Part shown: piece by piece, positions 16,367-24,531 of the stretch
Layout of the letters: each line of letters begins with the position of its first letter
Position numbering within the stretch: position 1 is the first letter of the stretch
NCBI GenBank assembly: GCA_049302065.1
Contig: JBAQLU010000202.1
Location: forward strand, 254 to 64,253
Source: Thermodesulfovibrionales bacterium
GTDB taxonomy: Bacteria > Nitrospirota > Thermodesulfovibrionia > Thermodesulfovibrionales > SM23-35
Reading direction: 5' to 3'
DNA length: 64,000 bases
Made by a program: the position numbers and the translations under genes
The notes under the pieces: model-generated
Database searches by the model: none
What the model was told of the DNA's origin: nothing
The model's input: the letters and a program-made list of their open reading frames with translations, nothing else

Positions 16367-17125
16367 TTAAGGAATTGTATCAATTGAGGCAAACTTGGGT
16401 TCATGAAGCGGCAAGAGAATATCTGCCATATTTTTCACTTTAAGCACGATATCGTAAGCATCATATACATTGACATGAGTTCCGGGAGGTATTACTTCCA
16501 TCTCCATTGCCTTTATCTTTGGAGGCGGATTGAAATTTTCCATGATTAGACAGAAGCCTGTTATAGCAGCTTTCCCCTGTTCGGTGTCTATGAGGACTGT
16601 CATGCCACCTTCAGTATGTGCAGGGGTGTGAATCATTTTAATGCCGGGAAGGATTTCCGTATCCCCTGTGAGCTTTTTTATCTGACCTTTTTTTTCCACA
16701 TCTGTAATAAAATCTTCGTTGTAGCGGAAATCCAGCGGATGGGGATTATGTATTCTCTCCAGTTCTTTTTCATGGACATAGAATGTAGCGTTAATGCATT
16801 TATCATCGTTTTCACAATGGTCGTTATGTAAATGGGTATGTATAACAATATCGATATCTTCAGGCTTCAATCCCCATCGGCTCAACCCTTCCTCAAACTT
16901 GTAAATTTTTCCGCCGATTCCTTCCTCCCTGTCCCTGGTCTGCATTGGCGCCATTTCTCCTGTATCAACCAGTATTTTCTTGTCACCGCCCTCGAGATAC
17001 CAGCAATAGATGGGTATGGTATAAGGTTTTCCATAGTCATGCTGGTATGTCATCATGCCTTTATCAAAAGCCTTTGTCCCCATAACTATAGGATGTATTT
17101 TGTAGGTCTTAGCTTGCAAATTCAT
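16367..17125 (-). CDS. MBL-fold hydrolase (N-acyl-homoserine-lactonase-like subgroup)
   Basis: HTHLHNDHCEN (HxHxDH), plus later HTPAHTEG and a conserved Asp/His. Confidence 0.75.
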   Translation of the reverse strand: MNLQAKTYKIHPIVMGTKAFDKGMMTYQHDYGKPYTIPIYCWYLEGGDKKILVDTGEMAPMQTRDREEGIGGKIYKFEEGLSRWGLKPEDIDIVIHTHLHNDHCENDDKCINATFYVHEKELERIHNPHPLDFRYNEDFITDVEKKGQIKKLTGDTEILPGIKMIHTPAHTEGGMTVLIDTEQGKAAITGFCLIMENFNPPPKIKAMEMEVIPPGTHVNVYDAYDIVLKVKNMADILLPLHEPKFASIDTIP

Positions 17126-17137
17126 TGTCTTCTCTCC

Positions 17138-17407
17138 TTATCTTTTTATTATATCAAATCTTGCTATCTCTACCTTCATCTTCTTTAAAAATAACCTTAC
17201 GTCAATAGCCAGACAACTTGGTAGGCCCATCAATAGACTATCCGTTGGAATATATCCTTCCTTTGCATCAGCGTCAAAATCAATTGCATATCCACAAATC
17301 CTTGCCGTAAAGACTATGTCTTTTCCCCAGGTTAAAATCCCTCTGCTTGTGTTCGCTGCGTTTTTCTTATAGAGGTTTCGAGTTGAGCGGAGAACCCCGA
17401 ACTTCAT
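17138..17407 (-). pseudogene. Truncated paralogue of the OsmC gene (covers roughly residues 20-105 only)
   Basis: NTSRGILTWGKDIVFTARICGYAIDFDADAKEGYIPTDSLLMGLPSCLAIDVRLFLKKMKVEIARFDI aligns colinearly with the 15854-16342 product. It lacks the C-terminal third. Confidence 0.65.
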
Positions 17408-17689
17408 AGTCTTGCTACAACTTGTCTTTGATGTGGTAATATTATGTGTAAAATGTTAAGGGAGTAAGAAAAGGATATCTTGTGCATAGCAGATTCTTTA
17501 TCACATTGTCTTTCCCGTGAAATACAGGAAAGCGCAATATAAAGTTGACCTAAAATCCATGATGAATAAAAAGTTCTTTATAGTTTGGAAAAAGGAAATA
17601 TGTTATAAATTGTGTTACTATGTTGCTCAATTGACGAAAGAGTTATTTGATTATAGAAATATCCTAATTAATTAGGGGGGCAAGCAAAG

Positions 17690-17914
17690 ATGTCAGTGGT
17701 AAAATTAGACACAACCGGACTCAGATGTCCCGAGCCGATACTGAAGATTGCTGCAAAATTAATGGATATGAAGCCCGGTGATGTTCTTGAAGTGATCGGA
17801 GATTGTTCGACCTTTGAGCGAGATGTCCGTAACTGGTGTAAGAGGATGAAGAAGACACTTTTGTTTATCAAGGATGAAGGCGCCGGCAGGATAAGTTGTC
17901 AGATACAGTTTTAG
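17690..17914 (+). CDS. TusA/SirA-family sulfur-carrier protein
   Basis: 74 aa with LDTTGLRCPEPILK (the CPxP active-site motif). Confidence 0.85.
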   Translation: MSVVKLDTTGLRCPEPILKIAAKLMDMKPGDVLEVIGDCSTFERDVRNWCKRMKKTLLFIKDEGAGRISCQIQF

Positions 17915-18285
17915 ATATCTGGTGAGGAAATCAAGGCTTATCGAAAAAATGAGATGCTGGGGGTTTCTTAAATGCACTGAAAGGGAAGTCCTGTTTACAG
18001 GATGAATAATGATTTCTTCCGGTGATCCGACAGTCAAAATTCCTGAGAGATCGAGAGTCGAGTTGATTACCAAACTGGAGCATATGGCGAACATGAGCTT
18101 TTCTCTCCGGATTATTTTAGCAATATACTTAAACTTGTGAATAGAAAACAACCTATAAACTGAAATATTAGGATTTGTAATCTAATAAAAAGCTATTGAC
18201 ATTTTCAAAGGAACTATGATATTTTTTCACCTATCCAACGAATAGTACAAGTTCTCATATAGAATTTAAGGAAGGGGAACGGTTT

Positions 18286-19542
18286 ATGAGCGAATCAGCA
18301 AAATGGGATTGGGATACAAAAGATAAATTAGTAGCAAACCTCAATGATTGGAAAAAGAAGTTTATCGACCTTCGTGAATTAACCCCCTCTGATGACGGTG
18401 AAAAAATAGCCGCAGTAGTCCAGCCGGAAAAAGGAAAATTTACCACCTGTGTCAATGGAGATGTCTGGGAAGAGAAGTTTGAGAGAGTATACTCGCTTAA
18501 GTTCAAACCTGATAATCAGCTTATATCTTCAACATACAGAGATTATATATGGGCTTTAGCTGTTGATCATGAGATGTGGGAAGAAACATTTGATTTCATA
18601 TGGAACCTGACATTAACTCAGGATGGAAAAGGTATTGCCGTGAACATCAAACGGGATCCGCAACTTGGAGCTGCATTGAATGGACAGGTGTGGGAGGCCC
18701 TATATATGGATGCAAGACATCTTGCTGTAAGCCCAGATGGACAGAAGACTGCTTCATGTATTCAGACACAACCCATGAAGACATTAGATATTTTTACCTA
18801 TCAGAAAGGTATCTGGACCGTTGCAGTAGATGGAACTCCTTGGGAAAAGACTTTCTGGACTGTCTGGGGACCTGTCTTTAGCTCTGATAGTAATCATATA
18901 GCTGCATGCGTAAGGACAGGGTTTGCTCAATATAATATCGCAGTAGATGGAAACACATGGGAAGGGCCATTTGGTTTAGTGTGGGAGCCAATTTTTAAAC
19001 CAAATAGCAATGATGTCATTGCGCCTATCAGAACTCCGAAGGGCACTACACTCGCAATGAACGGAAAGCCGATCTGGGGATTTTTCTTCAATGTATGGCG
19101 TCAGAGATTCAGTCCCGATGGTCAAAAGTTAGCTGCGGTTGTTGTCCCCGCATTTTCTCGGTGGACAATTGCGGTTGATGGTACACCCTGGGGCACTACA
19201 TTCAGCGATGCAGTTCTCTCTCCAGTATTCAGCCCGAATAACAAACGGGTCGCTGCAGTAGTAAAAGATAACAACAGGTGGTTAGTTGCCATTGATGGTA
19301 CACCATGGGCAGAAAAATTCGATAACGTATGGGACCCTGTCTTTAGCCCTGATAGCAATACAGTGATAGCAAAGGCTGAAAGAAACGGTAAGTTTTATAT
19401 AGTTGTTGACGGTAAGGTTGGCAAAAAAGGGTACGAATATCTGTGGAATCCTGTTTTTAGCTCGGACGGAAAGAAATTGTTAATCCGCTGCGTTGATGGT
19501 GGAAAGTATTACCGGAAAGTAATTCCAATCAATGAAATATAA
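18286..19542 (+). CDS. Cytoplasmic beta-propeller-like protein built from about 9-10 PD40-like repeats
   Basis: Roughly 40-aa periodicity of (S/K)PD(G/S)xxIAxxV...(V/I)AVDGxPWxxxFxxVWxPVF. No signal peptide. Only 14 bp upstream of the HmcE-like gene. Confidence 0.6.
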   Translation: MSESAKWDWDTKDKLVANLNDWKKKFIDLRELTPSDDGEKIAAVVQPEKGKFTTCVNGDVWEEKFERVYSLKFKPDNQLISSTYRDYIWALAVDHEMWEETFDFIWNLTLTQDGKGIAVNIKRDPQLGAALNGQVWEALYMDARHLAVSPDGQKTASCIQTQPMKTLDIFTYQKGIWTVAVDGTPWEKTFWTVWGPVFSSDSNHIAACVRTGFAQYNIAVDGNTWEGPFGLVWEPIFKPNSNDVIAPIRTPKGTTLAMNGKPIWGFFFNVWRQRFSPDGQKLAAVVVPAFSRWTIAVDGTPWGTTFSDAVLSPVFSPNNKRVAAVVKDNNRWLVAIDGTPWAEKFDNVWDPVFSPDSNTVIAKAERNGKFYIVVDGKVGKKGYEYLWNPVFSSDGKKLLIRCVDGGKYYRKVIPINEI

Positions 19543-19556
19543 TGCAGGAGTGAGAA

Positions 19557-20231
19557 ATGTATGACTTTATAAAAGACCCGTCATTATATAATTTCGTGAG
19601 AGGACCATTAGTTTGGATTGCATTTTTTGTATTCATTGGTGGCAGTATCTATAAAATAAGAGAACTGCTTTTACTCGCCAAGAAAGAGAAAGTTGTTTAC
19701 CCCTACATGAGTTTAAAATTTACCCTCCGTTCCCTTTTACACTGGTTCGTACCATTTGCCAGTGCTAACTGGAGAAGGCGCCCTGTAATTACAATAGTGA
19801 CCTTTCTCTTCCATATCGGTCTTGTTTTGCTCCCCATATTCCTCCTTGCACATAACATCCTTATCTACGAATCCTGGAGGATAAGTTGGTGGACAGTTTC
19901 CGAAGGATTGGCAGATATCATGACTATGATAGTCATTGGTTGCTGCATTTTCTTTTTCCTGCGGAGAATTTTTGCTCCAGAAGTAAGATTTGTTACCTTT
20001 GCTGATGATTATTTAATACTCGCAATCGCCTTTTTACCTTTCCTTACCGGGTTCCTCGCATATCACCAGTGGTTATTGCCTCATAAAACCATAGTGATAC
20101 TTCATATGCTTTTTGGGGAAGTTATGTTAATTGCTATTCCGTTTACCAGGTTAGGGCATATGTTTTATTTCTTTTTAACACGGGCATATATGGGTTCTGA
20201 TCATGGTTATCGTCATTCAAAGGACTGGTAA
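19557..20231 (+). CDS. NarI/DsrM/HmcE-like dihaem cytochrome b membrane subunit
   Basis: 224 aa with five hydrophobic helices and conserved His residues (FLFHIG, LLAHN, ILHMLFGE, RLGHMFYF). Confidence 0.75.
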   Translation: MYDFIKDPSLYNFVRGPLVWIAFFVFIGGSIYKIRELLLLAKKEKVVYPYMSLKFTLRSLLHWFVPFASANWRRRPVITIVTFLFHIGLVLLPIFLLAHNILIYESWRISWWTVSEGLADIMTMIVIGCCIFFFLRRIFAPEVRFVTFADDYLILAIAFLPFLTGFLAYHQWLLPHKTIVILHMLFGEVMLIAIPFTRLGHMFYFFLTRAYMGSDHGYRHSKDW

Positions 20232-20256
20232 TTTTAAATTATGGAGGATTATATAG

Positions 20257-21639
20257 ATGGCTGAAGTAAGCATTAAAGAAAGCGTCAAGACAAAAGATTG
20301 GATTGAGCTGAAAAGAAAACCGGTTGCTGATCCAGGCTTTGATATAACTGTTAAAGATCTTACTCCGGAAAAGATAGAAAAAGCAGTAAATGCTGTTTTG
20401 AATATTGGGAAAAATGCAGGACGTTTCATGGCACCCTTAGAGACGTGTATTCACTGTGCGCTCTGTTCTGATGCATGTCATTGGTATCTCTCCCATGACA
20501 AAGACCCTACTTATGCACCTGTTGCCAAAGTTAAAATGACTCTTTGGGAGCTGATCAAAAGAAAAGGGAAGGTAAGCCCTGAATTCATGAAACAGGTTGC
20601 AAGGATTGTCTTTTGTGAATGCAATCTCTGCCGTCGTTGCAGCATGTATTGTCCCTTTGGGCTTGATATAGCCTATCAATTGGGCATGGTCCGCCGCATA
20701 TGTTTTATTCTTGGGTTAGTTCCTCAAAACATACTGGATCAGACCCATAGCCTTTCAGCTACCTTAACCCAGTTATGGATCACCCAGGGTGACTGGATCG
20801 ATACCATGCAGTGGCAGGAGGAGGAGGTAAGGGGGGAGATCAAGAATGTCCGGATTCCTATTGATAAGGAAGGGGCAGAGGTAATGTGGTGTCCTCTGGG
20901 AACAGAACCGAAAGTGGCAACCTATCATATTGCCCGTACAGCGAAGATCATGAATGTTGCGGGGATTGACTGGACTGTAGCTGCCCAGGATGGCTGGGAC
21001 AGTGCAAACATGGGGATGTTTATCCGTGACATGGAGACGATGCAGAGGGTTGTACGGGGCATTTATGACAATGCCATGAGGTTAAAGATCAAACGAATAG
21101 TACTGACTGAGTGAGGGCATCCACTGAATGCCACATGTTATGTGGCACCGCCGCTGATGGGATGGAAGGATAGTCCGATAGAGACATTGCATCCGATTGA
21201 GTTTTATTATGAGCTTGTTAGCACTGGAAAAATAAAGATAGATAAAAATAAGAAGATTAAAGGCCCTATTACCATTCAAGATCCGTGTAATCTTGTAAGG
21301 CTGAGAGGGAGAGCAGAGATGATCCGGTACCTTGTAAACGAGACATGTGAAGGTCCTATTATAGAAATGCAACCAAACCGTGAATATAATTATTGCTGTA
21401 ATGGCGGTGGAGGTGGAAATGCCATTGGCTCGCCATGGAAAGGCAATAGATGTGCAGGAGCCCGTATTAAGGCTGAGCAGATTAAGGCTACTGGGTGTCA
21501 CAATATTTGCGCCCCATGTCATAACTGTTATACCAGCATCAATGATGTAATAAAGTATTACAATCTCGAAGGTCATGCCATGTTTATGGATGAAATAATA
21601 ACCAATACCATGGAAGTTCCCGATGAATTTAAACCATGA
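20257..21639 (+). CDS. HdrD/DsrK/HmcF-like Fe-S (CCG-domain) oxidoreductase with an in-frame TGA (putative selenocysteine) at 21112-21114
   Basis: Track ORFs 20257..21114 and 21142..21639 are in the same frame, separated only by TGA. N-terminal half has CIHCALCSDAC and CNLCRRCSMYCP. C-terminal half has DPCNLVR...YCCNGGGG...CAPCHNC. The context is RIVLTE-[TGA]-GHPLNA. There is no SD or ATG for an independent second ORF. Confidence 0.65.
21129..21147 (+). other. SECIS-like hairpin 14 nt downstream of the in-frame TGA
   Basis: TGCCACAT-GTT-ATGTGGCA, an 8-bp perfect stem with a GUU loop. An alternative 5-bp hairpin GGCAT-ccactga-ATGCC lies at 21116-21132. Confidence 0.5.
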
Positions 21640-21666
21640 TAATAAGCCGGGAAGGATGAGAATATT

Positions 21667-23343
21667 ATGAAAAAAGGGTGGATTGTTTTTATTGTTGGAC
21701 TGTGCTATCTCATCTTGATTATTTACGGCATCGGCAGTATATATTCCAATGAAACCCCAATGGAGGTGAAGAAACCTGTTCAGAAAATCCCTGTTCAAAA
21801 ACTGGATGATAAAATTTCTATTGCCCATACAGCTATCTTTGGGGCATTGGAACGTCCGCAGGTGATTTTCGACCATAAGAAACATATTGATGAATTGATA
21901 AAGGATGGCAAAAAAGAATGGGAGACCTGTGACTCCTGCCATCCCTGGAATGAGGACAAAACGCAAATGTCCTTTATCTTCCCCAAAAAAGTTGCGAAAA
22001 AAGATAAAGATTCCTATATGAATGCTTACCACGATGAGTGCATGAATTGTCATAAAGAGAGAAGCCAGCAGAAAAAGAAGGGTGGCCCGGTGACCTGTGG
22101 CGATTGCCATCCGGAAAAGCTTTCCACAGTGCAATATAAATATCCGATCATGGAGTTCACTTACGAACATCATGACAACCACGATAAAAAATTAAAAGAA
22201 AAGAATATTCAGGATAGCTGTATTTACTGCCATCATATATATAATGAAGAAAGTGTTTATGAAAAAGGAAAGGAATGGTCATGTTATTACTGCCACGAGA
22301 TAGGTAGGAAGACAGGACCGGTTCTTGCAGTTGAGACAAGAATTATCGGTAAGAAAGGCCTCGGTTTAGAAAAAGTCTCCCACATGCGCTGCCTGAACTG
22401 CCATCTTTACTTTAAAAAGCAAGATGAAGGAAAGATCAAGGCAAAAGACGAAAAAGAAGCTCCCCTTGAATGTGTGAAATGCCATACTGGCAAATACAAG
22501 ACAGTTGCCGAACTGGAAAAGGTTCCACGCCCTGACAGCGGGCAGTCTGAAAAGGCATTTTTAGAGATAGAAAAGTCCAAGATGAAGGGGGTTCCGTTTG
22601 ACCATAAGGCCCATCAAACCAAATCCAAGACATGCAGGGGATGCCATCACGAAACACTGAACGCATGCAAGGAATGTCATACGCTTGTTGGAAATCCTGA
22701 CGGTAATAACGTCAATCTTGCCGGCGCTTACCATGATATTTCCTCTGAAAAAAGCTGTTCAGGATGTCATTTTGTGCAGCAATCTGCAAAAGATTGTAAT
22801 GGGTGCCACCATGCTCTTATGCCTGTTGATGCCCAGACAAAAGGACCAAAGAAAGCAATCTGTGCAATCTGCCATTCCGGAAAGCGCGAACTTCTTCCTG
22901 CAACAAAGCTTTCTGTGAAAGGACTCGATACAGAGAAGGTCAAAAAGGAGGTTGAAGTAAAGATTCTTGAGAGAGAATATGACCCTTCAAAATTACCTCA
23001 TGTGAAGATCATCGAAAAAATGACACAGATCTCGAACGATGACAAATTGGCTTCCTATTTCCACAGGAATCTCCAGACTCTCTGTGAAGGATGCCACCAC
23101 CAGAGCAGGGCCGAGGCTGAAGCCAAGAAAGACGAGCCGCCCTATTGCAGGAACTGCCATTCCATTGCTTTTGATCCGCAGCGCCTTAACAGGCCGCGGC
23201 TTCTTGCTGCTTATCATCGCCAGTGTATACAGTGTCATGAAAAGATGGAACTCAAGAAACCAAAGGAATGTAAGGAATGTCATAAGGAAAAGGAAGTGCG
23301 CCCGACGGATATTCTTTCAAAACCAGCGGAAACAAGCCGGTAG
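21667..23343 (+). CDS. 16-haem c-type cytochrome (HmcA-like) with N-terminal signal/anchor helix
   Basis: 558 aa. I count sixteen CxxCH motifs (CDSCH, CMNCH, CGDCH, CIYCH, CYYCH, CLNCH, CVKCH, CRGCH, CKECH, CSGCH, CNGCH, CAICH, CEGCH, CRNCH, CIQCH, CKECH). Hydrophobic N-terminus. Confidence 0.85.
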   Translation: MKKGWIVFIVGLCYLILIIYGIGSIYSNETPMEVKKPVQKIPVQKLDDKISIAHTAIFGALERPQVIFDHKKHIDELIKDGKKEWETCDSCHPWNEDKTQMSFIFPKKVAKKDKDSYMNAYHDECMNCHKERSQQKKKGGPVTCGDCHPEKLSTVQYKYPIMEFTYEHHDNHDKKLKEKNIQDSCIYCHHIYNEESVYEKGKEWSCYYCHEIGRKTGPVLAVETRIIGKKGLGLEKVSHMRCLNCHLYFKKQDEGKIKAKDEKEAPLECVKCHTGKYKTVAELEKVPRPDSGQSEKAFLEIEKSKMKGVPFDHKAHQTKSKTCRGCHHETLNACKECHTLVGNPDGNNVNLAGAYHDISSEKSCSGCHFVQQSAKDCNGCHHALMPVDAQTKGPKKAICAICHSGKRELLPATKLSVKGLDTEKVKKEVEVKILEREYDPSKLPHVKIIEKMTQISNDDKLASYFHRNLQTLCEGCHHQSRAEAEAKKDEPPYCRNCHSIAFDPQRLNRPRLLAAYHRQCIQCHEKMELKKPKECKECHKEKEVRPTDILSKPAETSR

Positions 23344-23369
23344 AAATCCGGTAGAAAGAGGAGGATTGG

Positions 23370-23483
23370 ATGTATATCTTTGAACAACTATTTTCCCATC
23401 ACGGATACGAATATGCTGTTGCCGTTTTGGCAATGTTTATTTTTATATTATTCTATTTTATCCTCACTTCAGAAAGAAAATAA
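23370..23483 (+). CDS. 37-aa single-helix membrane peptide (possible HmcD-like small subunit)
   Basis: Absent from the ORF track because it is under 60 aa. AGAGGAGG SD 5-6 nt before the ATG. MYIFEQLFSHHGYEYAVAVLAMFIFILFYFILTSERK has one hydrophobic helix. Confidence 0.45.
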   Translation: MYIFEQLFSHHGYEYAVAVLAMFIFILFYFILTSERK

Positions 23484-23502
23484 ATGGCATGGAGGCTAAC
23501 TC

Positions 23503-24531
23503 ATGAGTATTGATAGAAGAGAATTCCTGAAGCGCTCTTTAACCATGGCAGGCACTACATTGCTCAGTGGTGGAACCATAGCCCATGCTATAGATAAACG
23601 TGATCCGTCCATTCTCTCTACCGGCAACACAGCCAATGAAAGAAACTGGAAGTTATGGGTTGAGAAGTCTGAGACCCTTGTTCCTGAAAAATATGGAGTT
23701 CTTGTTGATACAACGGTCTGTATCGGATGCCGGAGATGTGAGTGGGCATGCAATGAATGGAATAAAAATCCAAACAGACCGATAAAAGAGTTTGAAGCGT
23801 CGGTATCTCAGCAAAAATCTGCTTTCGATACGGTGCGGAGAATGCACGCCGGAAATTTTACCGTAGTAAATCGCTATATGAGCTCCAAAGACGGAAAACC
23901 TATATATGTAAAAAGGCAGTGTATGCACTGCGATGATCCGGGGTGTTTATCTTCGTGCTTTGTTGATGCATACAGGAAGGCGAAAAACGGTCCGGTTCTC
24001 CATAATGCAGGAGTGTGTATAGGGTGCCGTTATTGTATGGTAGCCTGTCCTTTTGACGTGCCTGCCTATGAGTATTACGCACCCCTGAATCCGCAAATCA
24101 CAAAATGTACGTTCTGCTTCGATAGAATCTCGAAAGGAAGTGTGCCGGCCTGTGTCGAGATTTGCCCCGCCGGAGTACTGACCTTCGGAAAAAGAAACGA
24201 TCTCATGAAGCTTGCTTACGAAAGGATAGGAAATAGCCCTAATAAATATGTCGATCATGTATATGGAGAGCACGAGGTAGGAGGTACAAGCTGGCTCTAT
24301 CTGTCATCAGTTCCTTTCCACGAAATAGGTCTGAGAACAGATCTCGGGAAAACACCTATACCGGAACTAACCAAGGGGTTTCTTCTTGGAGTAAAGGTGT
24401 TCGAGATAGTCGCTGCATGGCCTCTTGTTTTCGGGGCCTATTATGCAATCTCAAAGGCTCGTGAAAAAACAAGATCGGGACATGAAACGTCTGTTGAAGG
24501 AAAGGGAGAAGGTCATGGCGAAAAACACTAA
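23503..24531 (+). CDS. Periplasmic 4x[4Fe-4S] ferredoxin subunit (HmcB/DsrO/NrfC-like) with Tat signal and C-terminal anchor helix
   Basis: DRREFLKRSL twin-arginine motif. Cys clusters CIGCRRCEWAC, CMHCDDPGCLSSC, CIGCRYCMVACP and CTFC...CVEICP. Hydrophobic VFEIVAAWPLVFGAYYAI near the C-terminus. Confidence 0.85.
   Translation: MSIDRREFLKRSLTMAGTTLLSGGTIAHAIDKRDPSILSTGNTANERNWKLWVEKSETLVPEKYGVLVDTTVCIGCRRCEWACNEWNKNPNRPIKEFEASVSQQKSAFDTVRRMHAGNFTVVNRYMSSKDGKPIYVKRQCMHCDDPGCLSSCFVDAYRKAKNGPVLHNAGVCIGCRYCMVACPFDVPAYEYYAPLNPQITKCTFCFDRISKGSVPACVEICPAGVLTFGKRNDLMKLAYERIGNSPNKYVDHVYGEHEVGGTSWLYLSSVPFHEIGLRTDLGKTPIPELTKGFLLGVKVFEIVAAWPLVFGAYYAISKAREKTRSGHETSVEGKGEGHGEKH

Noticed and set aside
17759-18151. 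130-aa minus-strand ORF overlapping the tusA 3' end
   Set aside because: Overlaps the well-supported TusA gene antisense and continues into an AT-rich spacer. No SD or motifs.
21112-21114. Alternative genetic code (TGA as a sense codon genome-wide) as the explanation for the two in-frame TGAs
   Set aside because: Many well-supported genes here terminate at TGA at the expected length (for example 2519, 6545, 7512, 10835). TGA is therefore a normal stop, and only the two hairpin-associated cases look like recoding.
21082-22182. 366-aa minus-strand ORF
   Set aside because: Entirely antisense to the HmcF-like and 16-haem cytochrome genes, which have strong motif support. The product is low-complexity Ile/Phe-rich with no motifs.
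24425-24514. N-terminal extension of the NrfD-like ORF
   Set aside because: Overlaps 107 nt of the upstream ferredoxin gene. The ATG at 24515 has an SD and gives a typical short overlap.
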